From a virus, in IMG/VR virus record IMGVR_UViG_3300021185_002806: a DNA stretch of 64,000 nt; one strand, written 5' to 3'. A model generated the notes under the pieces. The model did no database searches, was not told the origin of the DNA, and was given only the letters and a program-made list of their open reading frames with translations. The position numbers were made by a program, and so were the translations under genes. Of the stretch, positions 28,170 through 37,391 are shown one piece after another (positions within the stretch are counted from its first letter, which is position 1; each line of letters opens with the position of its first letter).

Positions 28170-28847
28170 CTATTTTTTTCGTAAAACAAAATAAAAACGG
28201 TCACCTTCATCTTGTCGTAGTGTTAGTACATTACAATTAAGATGTTCTGCGGCATTTGAAATGAAGATTGGATCCCAATCATAAAAGTTAATCCATTTAG
28301 CCGCTGGTTTATCATGTTGAATACCAGGATTAACTCTAAAGTATAAGAAACCGCCTGACTTGACCATGTTTACTACATTTTCAAGTTCATTAAGTATCTT
28401 ATCACTGCTACCGAAATTGATACTACCTAAACATATAGCAACATCAAATTCAACATCCGGGTTATAATCTAATGTGTGTACACATACATCCGCTCTATCA
28501 TTATATGGATCGATGCCAATTAGATTTTTAATCTTACCTTTGAACTCGTTATACCCACAACCAATATCAACTACATTGTCTGGATTCATACTATTGACTT
28601 CATCAATAATAGCTAGTCCACTGTATTTGTATTTCTTTGTTTCGGGTTGCCAAACTTTACTAAAATAGTTTGATAACACTGCTCTATCAATCTGTTCTGC
28701 TAATGCATGTATTTCTGTATCATTGATTTGACTTAGTTCAATATCAAATACACCATTGACAACTTGGCAGAATGTATTCTTGTCTGATTGCAAACTTGGA
28801 TTACTTTTTAGAATTCTATCCAGTTCGTTTAAGATTTTTAGATTCAT
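28170..28847 (-). CDS. Class I SAM-dependent methyltransferase
   Basis: VVDIGCG, GIDP, FDVAICLGSINF. Confidence 0.85.
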   Translation of the reverse strand: MNLKILNELDRILKSNPSLQSDKNTFCQVVNGVFDIELSQINDTEIHALAEQIDRAVLSNYFSKVWQPETKKYKYSGLAIIDEVNSMNPDNVVDIGCGYNEFKGKIKNLIGIDPYNDRADVCVHTLDYNPDVEFDVAICLGSINFGSSDKILNELENVVNMVKSGGFLYFRVNPGIQHDKPAAKWINFYDWDPIFISNAAEHLNCNVLTLRQDEGDRFYFVLRKK

Positions 28848-29558
28848 TTATGTCCTCGATTTTTTAGTCTTTGCCGTATCCCAATTTAATGTATAGGATA
28901 TAGGAAAATGTCCTTGTTCTATATCTATATCTGTATTATGCACTATTATATCTGAAATGTCAATAGCAAAATTAGAAATTAATCTATCTAAATTCATCAT
29001 ACCTTCCCTAGATTTAAATGTGTCATAATTATCTAAATAACTGGTAAATCCATATTCTTTTAGCATGTCATCCATTTCTTTATTCGGCGCCATATGGAAG
29101 TCTCCTGCAATTATCGTTTCACTATCCTTATATTTTTCTAATAGAAATTTTACATCCTTTATCGAATCTTCTTGTAATACAGGATACTCGCCTGTTATTT
29201 CTGGAAAACAAGGAAGTACTGATATGATATTAACTGATCCTATTACTCCCTTCAACGCTGTACATCCTTGCCATGGATTAGCGATTGCAGTAATAAGTTG
29301 TTGGCTTGGTAAAGTGATTGTTTCCAAACTACCTATGGAAGAAACTTTTTCAGTTTTTCCTATTACTAAACTTAATTGATTCGGTCCTACACTATCTGTT
29401 ATAAAAACTCTATCAATTATATTGCATAGTTTCTTTTGTTCTTCTTTTGGAAAACGCTGTAATAATATTATGTCTGCTTTTTCGACTTGTCTTTCTAATA
29501 CATCCCAACCTAATCGCAGGCTGTCTGTATTGTATTGTAAAAATTTGTATGTGGTCAT
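28848..29558 (-). CDS. Endonuclease/exonuclease/phosphatase family protein
   Basis: QYN, DIILLQ, IAGDFH, LDRLI, GHFPI. Confidence 0.75.
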   Translation of the reverse strand: MTTYKFLQYNTDSLRLGWDVLERQVEKADIILLQRFPKEEQKKLCNIIDRVFITDSVGPNQLSLVIGKTEKVSSIGSLETITLPSQQLITAIANPWQGCTALKGVIGSVNIISVLPCFPEITGEYPVLQEDSIKDVKFLLEKYKDSETIIAGDFHMAPNKEMDDMLKEYGFTSYLDNYDTFKSREGMMNLDRLISNFAIDISDIIVHNTDIDIEQGHFPISYTLNWDTAKTKKSRT

Positions 29559-29585
29559 TGTGAGTCTCGGTTGGGGCAGACTTGT

Positions 29586-29900
29586 TTAGTCCGCCGGTTC
29601 TAATGTTACCGTCAATGGGTAACCATGCGCCCTACTTGCTCCGTGAGTCTCTTCCACCTTTTGTTCTGCTATTTCTAAGTTAAACATACCAACTATAGCT
29701 TTATCATCTACGTGAATTTTGTTTGCCAAGTCTTCTGCGGTCTGTTCATCATGCCTGTATAATTCGATTAATAATCGCACAACGAATTCAATTGGAGTAC
29801 CATCATCATTGTGCATAACAACATAGAAACGCTTTGGCGGTTCTATTACTGTTTTTGTTGTAGCATCAACAATAGTATCTGTTTCGTTGCTTACTTGCAT
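29586..29900 (-). CDS. clpS: Clp protease adaptor ClpS
   Basis: VVMHNDDGTPIEFVV, IHVDDKAIVG, YPL. Confidence 0.92.
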   Translation of the reverse strand: MQVSNETDTIVDATTKTVIEPPKRFYVVMHNDDGTPIEFVVRLLIELYRHDEQTAEDLANKIHVDDKAIVGMFNLEIAEQKVEETHGASRAHGYPLTVTLEPAD

Positions 29901-29934
29901 TATTTACCTCACTATCTTTTAAGTATTTATCTGA

Positions 29935-29963
29935 ATTATAGCACCATTACAGAAGTGAATCAA
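29935..29963 (-). promoter_or_regulatory. Sigma70-like promoter for clpS (GATAAATA also at 29924-29931)
   Basis: TTGATT-N17-TATAAT with extended TG. Confidence 0.6.
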
Positions 29964-30810
29964 GTCTTTTTTGATAATTACTTAACATGTCTTCTATGTG
30001 CTCCATATCCTTTGATACAGCAATCTTTTCTGCTTTTGTATGTATCTTCTTAAATTTGTTACCAGTAAAGTTTATATCTTCATACTTTACTATTTTATTT
30101 ACTTTATCACCCAATGTTTCCAGTAATTTAATGTTTATCTCACAACATCTATGGACCCACTCATATGGAGTAGGTTGATGCATTTTTCTTTTAATGTTTG
30201 GATTGAAACTTATATTGCATTCACTTATTGATGTAGAAGTTTCATCTGTACTAGCCTTATGATAAACCATCGTAAGTTGTGCAACTATTTCACTTAGTGC
30301 ATTATCTAAAGGATCTCTAATCAATATGTGATGTTTGGTATCGTACTTGATATCCTCGAATGCAATTCTTGGATTAAGTTTAGCATCATAATCATACAAT
30401 TTGATTGCCTCGGATACTCTTGCCAACTTAAGCAAATTCGTTATTCCATCTAAATGATTTTTTATGTACCACATTGGAATAGTTCGATTATAGAACGGAG
30501 TAATACCATTTTCGGTAGATTTCCAATCAGTCCAAACCCATTCATCATTATGATTATCTAAATGATGCGTAATATTATTTGGTTCATTGTCACATTTCCA
30601 CTTAAATTCATTATCAAATGGATGACTTGCTTGATATTCAGAGTTATTAGTATTGGGATTTTCCTCTTTGCATATCGACGGCCATGCACCATGTACAGAC
30701 ATAATCTCTTGTGCTAAATCAGATTTAACTTGTCCAGTTGTTTTTAAGTAATTACAGTATGCAGATGATCCCGACCTTGGTTGACACCATACTGTTATGT
30801 GCTTTGCCAT
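29947..30810 (-). CDS. Sulfotransferase-like protein
   Basis: QPRSGSS 5'-PSB-like loop; LIRDPLDNALS; YED. Confidence 0.65.
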   Translation of the reverse strand: MAKHITVWCQPRSGSSAYCNYLKTTGQVKSDLAQEIMSVHGAWPSICKEENPNTNNSEYQASHPFDNEFKWKCDNEPNNITHHLDNHNDEWVWTDWKSTENGITPFYNRTIPMWYIKNHLDGITNLLKLARVSEAIKLYDYDAKLNPRIAFEDIKYDTKHHILIRDPLDNALSEIVAQLTMVYHKASTDETSTSISECNISFNPNIKRKMHQPTPYEWVHRCCEINIKLLETLGDKVNKIVKYEDINFTGNKFKKIHTKAEKIAVSKDMEHIEDMLSNYQKRLDSLL

Positions 30811-30832
30811 TATAATGTCCTTATCATCTGGT

Positions 30833-30857
30833 TAGAAGCGAGGAAACCTCGCTTCTA
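30833..30857. terminator. Perfect 11-bp hairpin downstream of hsp20
   Basis: TAGAAGCGAGG-AAA-CCTCGCTTCTA. Confidence 0.55.
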
Positions 30858-30878
30858 TTTATGAAGTAATATTTTCTA

Positions 30879-31322
30879 CTATGAGATTTCAATACTACGA
30901 GGCTTCTTACCTTCTGGAACGATACGTTCTAAAGATATTTTCAGTAACCCGTCTTTCAACTCGGCACCTTTCACTTCAACATCATCTGCAATAGTGAATG
31001 CTTTAGAGAACATTCTTTTAGAGATACCTCTGTGAAGAACACCGTCTTTATCATCATCTGATTTTTCTTTCTTAACAGATTTAACTGTCAAAATGTTATC
31101 AGCATAGTCAACTGTAATATCATCTTTTGAGAATCCAGCTAATGCTAGTTCTACATCATAAGTGAAATCTCCAGTCTTTACGATATTGTAAGGTGGGAAG
31201 TTTACTTGGGTTTGAAATGTTGCAACATCGCCATCGAACATACGTTCAAAATGGTCAAACATGTTGTCAAAGCCTACAGTTACAGGTCGTAACTGGTTAA
31301 AAATAGATAGTCCGTTTGTCAT
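30879..31322 (-). CDS. ibpA: Small heat shock protein Hsp20 (IbpA-like)
   Basis: FPPYNI, ALAGFS, HRGIS, AELKDGLLKI. Confidence 0.95.
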   Translation of the reverse strand: MTNGLSIFNQLRPVTVGFDNMFDHFERMFDGDVATFQTQVNFPPYNIVKTGDFTYDVELALAGFSKDDITVDYADNILTVKSVKKEKSDDDKDGVLHRGISKRMFSKAFTIADDVEVKGAELKDGLLKISLERIVPEGKKPRSIEIS

Positions 31323-31326
31323 TGTT

Positions 31327-31381
31327 AACTCCTTTGTTAAGCAAGTTGATTAAAGTGTAGACCCTATCAAGCAATCTACAC
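31327..31381 (-). promoter_or_regulatory. ROSE-like RNA thermometer in hsp20 5' UTR
   Basis: AACUUGCUU pairs with AAGGAGUU (SD) leaving a bulged G; upstream GUGUAGA/UCUACAC hairpin. Confidence 0.7.
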
Positions 31382-31414
31382 AGTTATTTATGCACACTAT
31401 TGTACATATATACT

Positions 31415-31443
31415 AATATAATGATTATTTATGGAAATGTCAA
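31415..31443 (-). promoter_or_regulatory. Sigma70-like promoter for hsp20
   Basis: TTGACA-N17-TATATT. Confidence 0.65.
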
Positions 31444-31694
31444 GTCTTTTTCTCAAGTTTTTCTGAAAAAAGTTCAATTCCCTTAGATGGTCCCGCATCC
31501 CGCGGCAATCCACCATATTTTCCAATATAATCTTCAAGTACTGCTTTATACCAAAGTTGGCTATTGTGGTGTGCTTTTTTGTTATATTTTGAGATACCAA
31601 CACTTGTTCCATCCTGAGTAAGCAATGCTCTTGTGCTTTCTTGTTGCAATTCTCTTAGTGTTAATTTTTCTAAATCTATATTCAATTTATTCAT
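31440..31694 (-). CDS. Hypothetical protein
   Basis: AAAGGATG start context. Confidence 0.55.
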   Translation of the reverse strand: MNKLNIDLEKLTLRELQQESTRALLTQDGTSVGISKYNKKAHHNSQLWYKAVLEDYIGKYGGLPRDAGPSKGIELFSEKLEKKT

Positions 31695-31754
31695 CCTTTG
31701 TTCATATTTTGATAAATAACATTATAATCAAACACATTTAGGAGGCCACCTATT

Positions 31755-32072
31755 ATGATTAAAGAAACCAAAGTATTTTACCCACATATTGTAAAACAGT
31801 ATGATGATAATGCACAACTGATTTCTGAGAATAATTATGATACATATTATTCACTAATGAGAACAATTCTTTCCGATAACGGAATTGACTTGACTGATAA
31901 TACTAAGTATAAAGAAGATTTGACTACTGATAAGTTCGAAGGCAAAATTACTATTGTTTATCCAAACAATGAAACTATGACTGCTATCGAAACTGCTATC
32001 GGTTCTCAAATGTCTTCTTTTAGCGACAGTCAACCAATCTTTGAAGAATTCTCTGATAATCATTTGTTCTAA
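31755..32072 (+). CDS. Hypothetical protein (late promoter)
   Basis: GATAAATA at 31711; AGGAGG RBS. Confidence 0.7.
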   Translation: MIKETKVFYPHIVKQYDDNAQLISENNYDTYYSLMRTILSDNGIDLTDNTKYKEDLTTDKFEGKITIVYPNNETMTAIETAIGSQMSSFSDSQPIFEEFSDNHLF

Positions 32073-32091
32073 TACAAAATAATCATGAAAT

Positions 32092-32120
32092 GAAAAGGTC
32101 GCTTTATGCGGCCTTTTTTT
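32092..32120. terminator. Bidirectional terminator
   Basis: AAAAGGTCGC-TTTAT-GCGGCCTTTTTTT between convergent genes. Confidence 0.75.
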
Positions 32121-32400
32121 ATTCCAATTCTTGTGTTCTTTGTTTTCTATACCAACGCTTCTTTCCGGCATCCCGTGCTTTACGTTTAACCTCACTTGGT
32201 TTCACATAAGCAGTACGGTCACGAACCTCTTGTATAATGCCTGCATCTTGTACTTTCTTTTTGAACTTACGTAATGCTCTTTCAAATTGTCCGTTTCTTA
32301 CTTCTACTGTTAGACCCGACTTATTAGTTTGTGAAAAGTCGTTTCTATCGTTTGATTTATATTGTCTATTCTTATTATAACTATTATTGTAACTAGTCAT
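32119..32400 (-). CDS. rpsU: Ribosomal protein bS21 with N-terminal extension
   Basis: VEVRNGQFERALRKFKKK...YVKPSEVKRK. Confidence 0.92.
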   Translation of the reverse strand: MTSYNNSYNKNRQYKSNDRNDFSQTNKSGLTVEVRNGQFERALRKFKKKVQDAGIIQEVRDRTAYVKPSEVKRKARDAGKKRWYRKQRTQELE

Positions 32401-32938
32401 TTTTTATTATTACACCTATTATCCTATTCCCGTTTGTTTTTAGAGGGAGGTCGTATTTGAAACTACTCAAATACTCAGAGATTTGGGAATTAAAGAACTC
32501 TAACACATCACTTGCCTTAGAATTTTCCCTGCCCCTCATTTGTACTGTCACTTTTACTTTATTGCCTTTATCAATAAACTTTTGAACTTGGTTAAGTTTC
32601 ATCTTTAGGTCGTTCTCACCTATAGCTGGTCTAAACTTAACTTCTTTAACTTCAACTGAATTTTGTCTGGCTAGTTTTGCCTTCTCTTTTTCACGTTTTT
32701 TGATTTCGTAATTGTACTTATTTATACTAATGATTTTTGCAACTGGCGGCTTTGCATCTGGAACAATTAGAATCAAATCTAATCCTTCTGAATCCGCTTT
32801 TTGCTGTGCTTCTTGTTTTGATAAGACACCAAGTTGTTCACCGGTGTCTGTGACTACACGTAATTCATCTGCACGAATACGTTGATTGGCTACAACGAAT
32901 GGCTTTCGCCCTCGTTCTTCCTTAAAGTTTTTCTTCAT
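32393..32938 (-). CDS. infC: Translation initiation factor IF-3
   Basis: NQRIRADELRVV, LDLILI..AKPPVAKI, KEVKFRPAIGEND, KVKVTVQMRGRE. Confidence 0.95.
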   Translation of the reverse strand: MKKNFKEERGRKPFVVANQRIRADELRVVTDTGEQLGVLSKQEAQQKADSEGLDLILIVPDAKPPVAKIISINKYNYEIKKREKEKAKLARQNSVEVKEVKFRPAIGENDLKMKLNQVQKFIDKGNKVKVTVQMRGRENSKASDVLEFFNSQISEYLSSFKYDLPLKTNGNRIIGVIIKND

Positions 32939-34196
32939 TCGTTCCTGTTGATTCCCCTATTTCTTCTGTAAATACCAAAATCGGTTCTTTGTTATGTTTA
33001 ATAAAATCACCTGTAATTTCTACTGATACAAGCCCTTGTTTAGCAAGTTTAGGCAACTTGAATTGTAATTTCAATAGTGATTTTTCTAACACACTCCTAA
33101 GACCTCTTGCTCCTGTCTTATTTGATTTTGCTATTTCAGAAATCTCATTTATTGCATCTTTAGTTAAATTTAACTCAACTCCATCTAATTTAAAAATCTT
33201 CTTAAATTGTGCCATTAGATTGTTTTTAGGCTCAGTCAATATACGACTTAGTTCATCTTTAGTTAAGTCGTTGATACCTACTAGTATTGGAAAACGTCCC
33301 ATGAACTCTGGTATAATACCGTATCGGATTACGTCTTCTGGTAATACTTCTTCTGATACTCTCATATCATCTGCCGAGTCTTGTGCCATAACTCTTGCGC
33401 CGAAGCCAATTGAACCATTGGCATTTAATCTTCGCTTGATTACTTTATCAAGACCAACAAAGGCGCCGCCGACAATAAACAGGATTTTGCTTGTATCAAC
33501 TTCAAGCATTTCTGCGCCAGGATGTTTTCTTCCACCACCCGGTGGAACACGTACAACCGTACCTTCAACAATTTTTAATAGGGCTTGTTGAACACCTTCA
33601 CCACTAACATCTTTAGTGATAGAGATACTTTCACCCTTCTTTGCTTTTTTATCGATTTCATCAATATAGATAATACCTTGTTCTGCTTTTTTAATATCAA
33701 AGTCTGATGCCATAAGTAAACGTTGTATTACATTTTCAACATCTTCACCTACATACCCACTTTCTGTTAGGGTAGTTGCATCTACTTGTGCGAAAGGAAC
33801 ATCTAAAAATTTTGCGATAGTCTTACCTAAGAGAGTTTTACCTGTACCACTTGGTCCAAGCATCATTACGTTAGATTTCTCTAACTCTACTTCATCATCA
33901 TCTTCTGGTAAATTAATTCTTTTATAGTGGTTGTAAACAGCAACACTCAAAACTTCTTTAGCTTCATCCTGACCAATTACATGAGCATTTAAAAACTCAT
34001 TGATATCCTCAGGAGTTGGAATATCGCTGTTTACTTCTGTTGTCTTGTTATCTACGCTCTTACGTTCATGGACGATAGAATGACAAAGGTCAATACACTC
34101 GTTACAGATATACGTTGCCGGTCCTGCAATTAAGGTGTTGATTTCATTCTTATGCTTTCCACAAAATGAACAATGATAATCTTTTTTATCGGACAA
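32922..34196 (-). CDS. clpX: ATP-dependent Clp protease ATPase subunit ClpX
   Basis: CSFCGK zinc domain, GPSGTGKT, GYVGEDVE, DEIDK, IGFG loop, GARGLR; TTG start. Confidence 0.97.
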   Translation of the reverse strand: MSDKKDYHCSFCGKHKNEINTLIAGPATYICNECIDLCHSIVHERKSVDNKTTEVNSDIPTPEDINEFLNAHVIGQDEAKEVLSVAVYNHYKRINLPEDDDEVELEKSNVMMLGPSGTGKTLLGKTIAKFLDVPFAQVDATTLTESGYVGEDVENVIQRLLMASDFDIKKAEQGIIYIDEIDKKAKKGESISITKDVSGEGVQQALLKIVEGTVVRVPPGGGRKHPGAEMLEVDTSKILFIVGGAFVGLDKVIKRRLNANGSIGFGARVMAQDSADDMRVSEEVLPEDVIRYGIIPEFMGRFPILVGINDLTKDELSRILTEPKNNLMAQFKKIFKLDGVELNLTKDAINEISEIAKSNKTGARGLRSVLEKSLLKLQFKLPKLAKQGLVSVEITGDFIKHNKEPILVFTEEIGESTGTNEEKL

Positions 34197-34213
34197 TTTT
34201 TATACTTTCTCTA

Positions 34214-35746
34214 TTAATTGTTATTATTCAAACCATCAAGCCAGCCTGATTTCTTTTCTGCTTTAGTATTTATTTCCCTTTCAACCTTTGATTTAATTTC
34301 TTTCAATGATTTTTCATCAACATTTTTTAAATCAATTTCTGCCGGGTCTAAATACACGCCACCTGCTTTGCTTTCTGTTTTAACTTCTTCCACATCATTA
34401 GTTTCTTCTATAACTTCTTCTAAATCACTATCACTATTATCGCTCATTGAGGTCGTTTTGTCAAGCGTTTTCTTTTCAGATTTTGAAAATAGTGTGTCTA
34501 GGATTTCATTCTGTCTTCCTTCATGATTGTTTCTGTTAGCAAAACTATAGTTTGCCGCAATCAATAGAATAACTGCTAATGGGTCGAATACAAAAATAAA
34601 GATAATAATTAACCAACGTACTGCTTCATCAATAATAGTAGGAGTGGTTTCCCCATATACTAATTCTGCAATGTACTTAATTGGTCCAACTTCTGCTTCA
34701 AGGGCCCTTACTTCACTTTCTAATTCGAATTTCTCATCATAGAGATTTTCGATGGTCTGTTCCGTTTCTGACACTTTTAAAACTAAAGCGGTTATCTCAT
34801 CCGTATTGTCTATTTCTCCAACTTGTGTTAGGAGATTTCGTAGACGATTAATATTATCTTGTGCATTTTGAATTTCTCTGTCTGCCATGCCACGCAAACG
34901 TTTTATTTCTTCACGTGCTTGGTCGATAATATCTGTGTTTACTGAATTACGAATATCCTCAACGATAGCAATAAGTCTGTCTTTTTCTGAATTTGATTTT
35001 TTAATAAATTCAGTAACTTTGCCAGCAGTGATATATCCGTATTTTCCATCTACTTTTGTACCAATCATAGCCTGTATCTTTTTCACATTATTTTCATCAT
35101 CTACATTCTCAGCATAAGATTGTATCTTAGCAAGAGTTTCGTCAATTCGAACAATCTGTTCAGTATACGACTTTACTTGATCCTCAGAACCTCTTTGTTC
35201 TTCTTTAACAATGTCTAACTGTTCATCAATCGCAGGCTGAATACGTAAGTATGCATTATCCATACGTTGTTGTTCAGCATCAATCTGACTATTGATATCA
35301 GATGAATCATCACTAGTTTCGTTATCAAGTTTAGCTATTTTTATTTCAGTACGTTCTATTAATGAATTAAATCTGATAATATCATTGTCAATACGTTCAA
35401 CCTTTGCTACGTTAGCCGTTCCCTGTGCGGCTTGTTCTAGGTGTGCTTTCGATAAGAAACCGAAAATACCCATGCTTGTGATGAACATCAAAACGACAAC
35501 TGCTATTGTCAAATAAAATTTTAATAGAAATGGAGCCCTCTTCCAATTACGGTACACCCACGATGCGGCTATAAGTTTGCCTATTTCAAGTGAACCCGCC
35601 ATTAATGCTACTGGTACCGCAGAGGCGGCAAAAATCGCCATGAGTCCGACGATTGAAAACCAGGCGGCTATAAACGCAATAGCAATAGCCGTAGCAAAGG
35701 TAATAATTGGAAATAACATAATCTTCTCCTTCTTAGTAGACCTCAT
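34214..35746 (-). CDS. Membrane protein with long coiled coil and peptidoglycan-binding-like motif
   Basis: 3 N-terminal TMs (ITSMGIFGFLSKAH), EVGPIKYIAELVYG, FVFDPLAV TM; likely start near 35719. Confidence 0.8.
   Translation of the reverse strand: MRSTKKEKIMLFPIITFATAIAIAFIAAWFSIVGLMAIFAASAVPVALMAGSLEIGKLIAASWVYRNWKRAPFLLKFYLTIAVVVLMFITSMGIFGFLSKAHLEQAAQGTANVAKVERIDNDIIRFNSLIERTEIKIAKLDNETSDDSSDINSQIDAEQQRMDNAYLRIQPAIDEQLDIVKEEQRGSEDQVKSYTEQIVRIDETLAKIQSYAENVDDENNVKKIQAMIGTKVDGKYGYITAGKVTEFIKKSNSEKDRLIAIVEDIRNSVNTDIIDQAREEIKRLRGMADREIQNAQDNINRLRNLLTQVGEIDNTDEITALVLKVSETEQTIENLYDEKFELESEVRALEAEVGPIKYIAELVYGETTPTIIDEAVRWLIIIFIFVFDPLAVILLIAANYSFANRNNHEGRQNEILDTLFSKSEKKTLDKTTSMSDNSDSDLEEVIEETNDVEEVKTESKAGGVYLDPAEIDLKNVDEKSLKEIKSKVEREINTKAEKKSGWLDGLNNNN
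34436..34464 (-). promoter_or_regulatory. Promoter-like element inside CDS, upstream of clpX
   Basis: TTGACA-N17-GATAAT. Confidence 0.5.
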
Positions 35747-35809
35747 CTGTATTTATCTAATTAAGAAGGAGAATTTAACTTCTATGTTATACTTTCGTAT
35801 AGATTGTAG

Positions 35810-36325
35810 TTAATTTAGTGTTGTAGTAACGTTTAAAAACGCTATAGTTCCGACTTTCCATTGGTCTTTAGTCTGATATACATAACTATTACCATTAGAT
35901 GTTTGGAATGTAGTGTTGTAACCTACAGTTTTGTTTACTACTGTTTCGATATAAATTACATCACATTGTTGCACTTGCTTGTAACCAACAACTACTTGTT
36001 GTGATTTATTTTTATTGGCAGTATCCGCACCTATGATGGCACCTAATGCAGTTGCGGCATCTTTACCCTTACCGCCACCGAATTGATTACCGATTACACC
36101 ACCGATAATTGCACCGAATAAAACATCACCTGTACTTGCAGAACTTTGCGTTCTACCATAAATAGGAACATCTACTGTTCTACATTGCTGTGAAGGTGTC
36201 TTTTGTACTACTTGTTGAGTAATTGCAGTACTATCTGTTACCTCTGCTTGTACTCTTGTTGAATTCGCTTGTGCAGTTGAAACTAACATCAACGAACTAA
36301 TGATTGCTACTATAAACTTATTCAT
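35810..36325 (-). CDS. Secreted glycine-zipper 2TM domain protein
   Basis: Signal peptide; GAIIGGVIGNQFGGGKGKDAATALGAIIG. Confidence 0.85.
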   Translation of the reverse strand: MNKFIVAIISSLMLVSTAQANSTRVQAEVTDSTAITQQVVQKTPSQQCRTVDVPIYGRTQSSASTGDVLFGAIIGGVIGNQFGGGKGKDAATALGAIIGADTANKNKSQQVVVGYKQVQQCDVIYIETVVNKTVGYNTTFQTSNGNSYVYQTKDQWKVGTIAFLNVTTTLN

Positions 36326-36359
36326 CTTATATCCTCTCGTATGATTAATAATTACTTAC

Positions 36360-36388
36360 AGTATACACGTTTTAGGTGGATTTGTCAA
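36360..36388 (-). promoter_or_regulatory. Sigma70-like promoter
   Basis: TTGACA-N17-TATACT. Confidence 0.7.
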
Positions 36389-36427
36389 GTTTTTTATGTA
36401 GAAAAAAGTGAGATAATATAGGGATTT

Positions 36428-37360
36428 TTAGATATATTTGGTGATTTTTCTACCACCTTTTGGGTATACTGAGAAACGTGCGCCTTTTACACCGAAGTTA
36501 TCTCTATCACCTTTGTACATCGCCATTAATACTGGTTCGAATTCGCCTTCTACACGTTCACCATTTGAGTGATGTGGTCCGGTTGATACAAGTTTGTTAC
36601 CTTTAAATACTGGATCGCCTTGTAATACTAAGTCAACATTTTGCTTACTAGGTTCACCTTTAAACCCAATACCATAAATTGCTATACCTCGTAATATACC
36701 ATTTTTAATTTCTCTTGCATATGTAGTTGCTCTTGGGATTTGACCATCTGTCATATCGATTACTGTCTTAGCAAATGCAAGAATTTCTTCTTTTGCTTCT
36801 GGAAATCTTTCGTATACAGTTTTCATTTCTCTGTCACTCATACCGCCCCATTGTCCAAAATCTTTTGCACGTGAACCTTTCTTATGAGATATCCAAGCAA
36901 CTTCATTACCTGAGGCATCCACTGCATGAAAGTCAGACTTAGGTGTTCCAGGAGTTGTGACAAACTTAGCAACATTAACTATTCTACCGCCAATGTCTAG
37001 TTGTATTTCTGCCTTATCACCTTTTAATTTTGCAAACATTTCACCAATACTACCAAGTGCCGCATCCTCATCACGTGTAGAAAAACCTGCGCCTTTGCCT
37101 CCAAATTCACTTGTTTTTTCTAAACTTGTAAGTCGTACTACTCTTCCGTCGTGTGTTGCAAATTTATCAGGTATAATACCTTGCTTTAGATTAGCTAGAA
37201 CTTCATCGTCTTTTTTTAATTTAATCGTAGGCTTATCACCACCTAATGCTACAAACAGTTGTCCTGTTTCGTATTTTCGAATAAAGTTGGCTAGTCTCTT
37301 ATTATCTTTAATAAGATCCTTTTTAGTAAGTTTACCTTCTATGATATCTGAATAACGCAT
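36428..37360 (-). CDS. Putative virion-packaged protein with PD-(D/E)XK-like motif
   Basis: MRYSDIIE leader; TPKSDF...WISHK...FGQWGG. Confidence 0.6.
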   Translation of the reverse strand: MRYSDIIEGKLTKKDLIKDNKRLANFIRKYETGQLFVALGGDKPTIKLKKDDEVLANLKQGIIPDKFATHDGRVVRLTSLEKTSEFGGKGAGFSTRDEDAALGSIGEMFAKLKGDKAEIQLDIGGRIVNVAKFVTTPGTPKSDFHAVDASGNEVAWISHKKGSRAKDFGQWGGMSDREMKTVYERFPEAKEEILAFAKTVIDMTDGQIPRATTYAREIKNGILRGIAIYGIGFKGEPSKQNVDLVLQGDPVFKGNKLVSTGPHHSNGERVEGEFEPVLMAMYKGDRDNFGVKGARFSVYPKGGRKITKYI

Positions 37361-37391
37361 ATATGTATTTATCATTTATGTTACAGATACA

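Noticed and set aside
29563-29584. Small AGTCT/AGACT inverted repeat between clpS and the EEP gene
   Set aside because: Short stem without a U-tract; could arise by chance
32989-33591. Long antisense ORFs (also 20128-20751, 54539-55078, 61179-61598 and others)
   Set aside because: Shadow frames opposite well-supported genes, with no motifs or RBS
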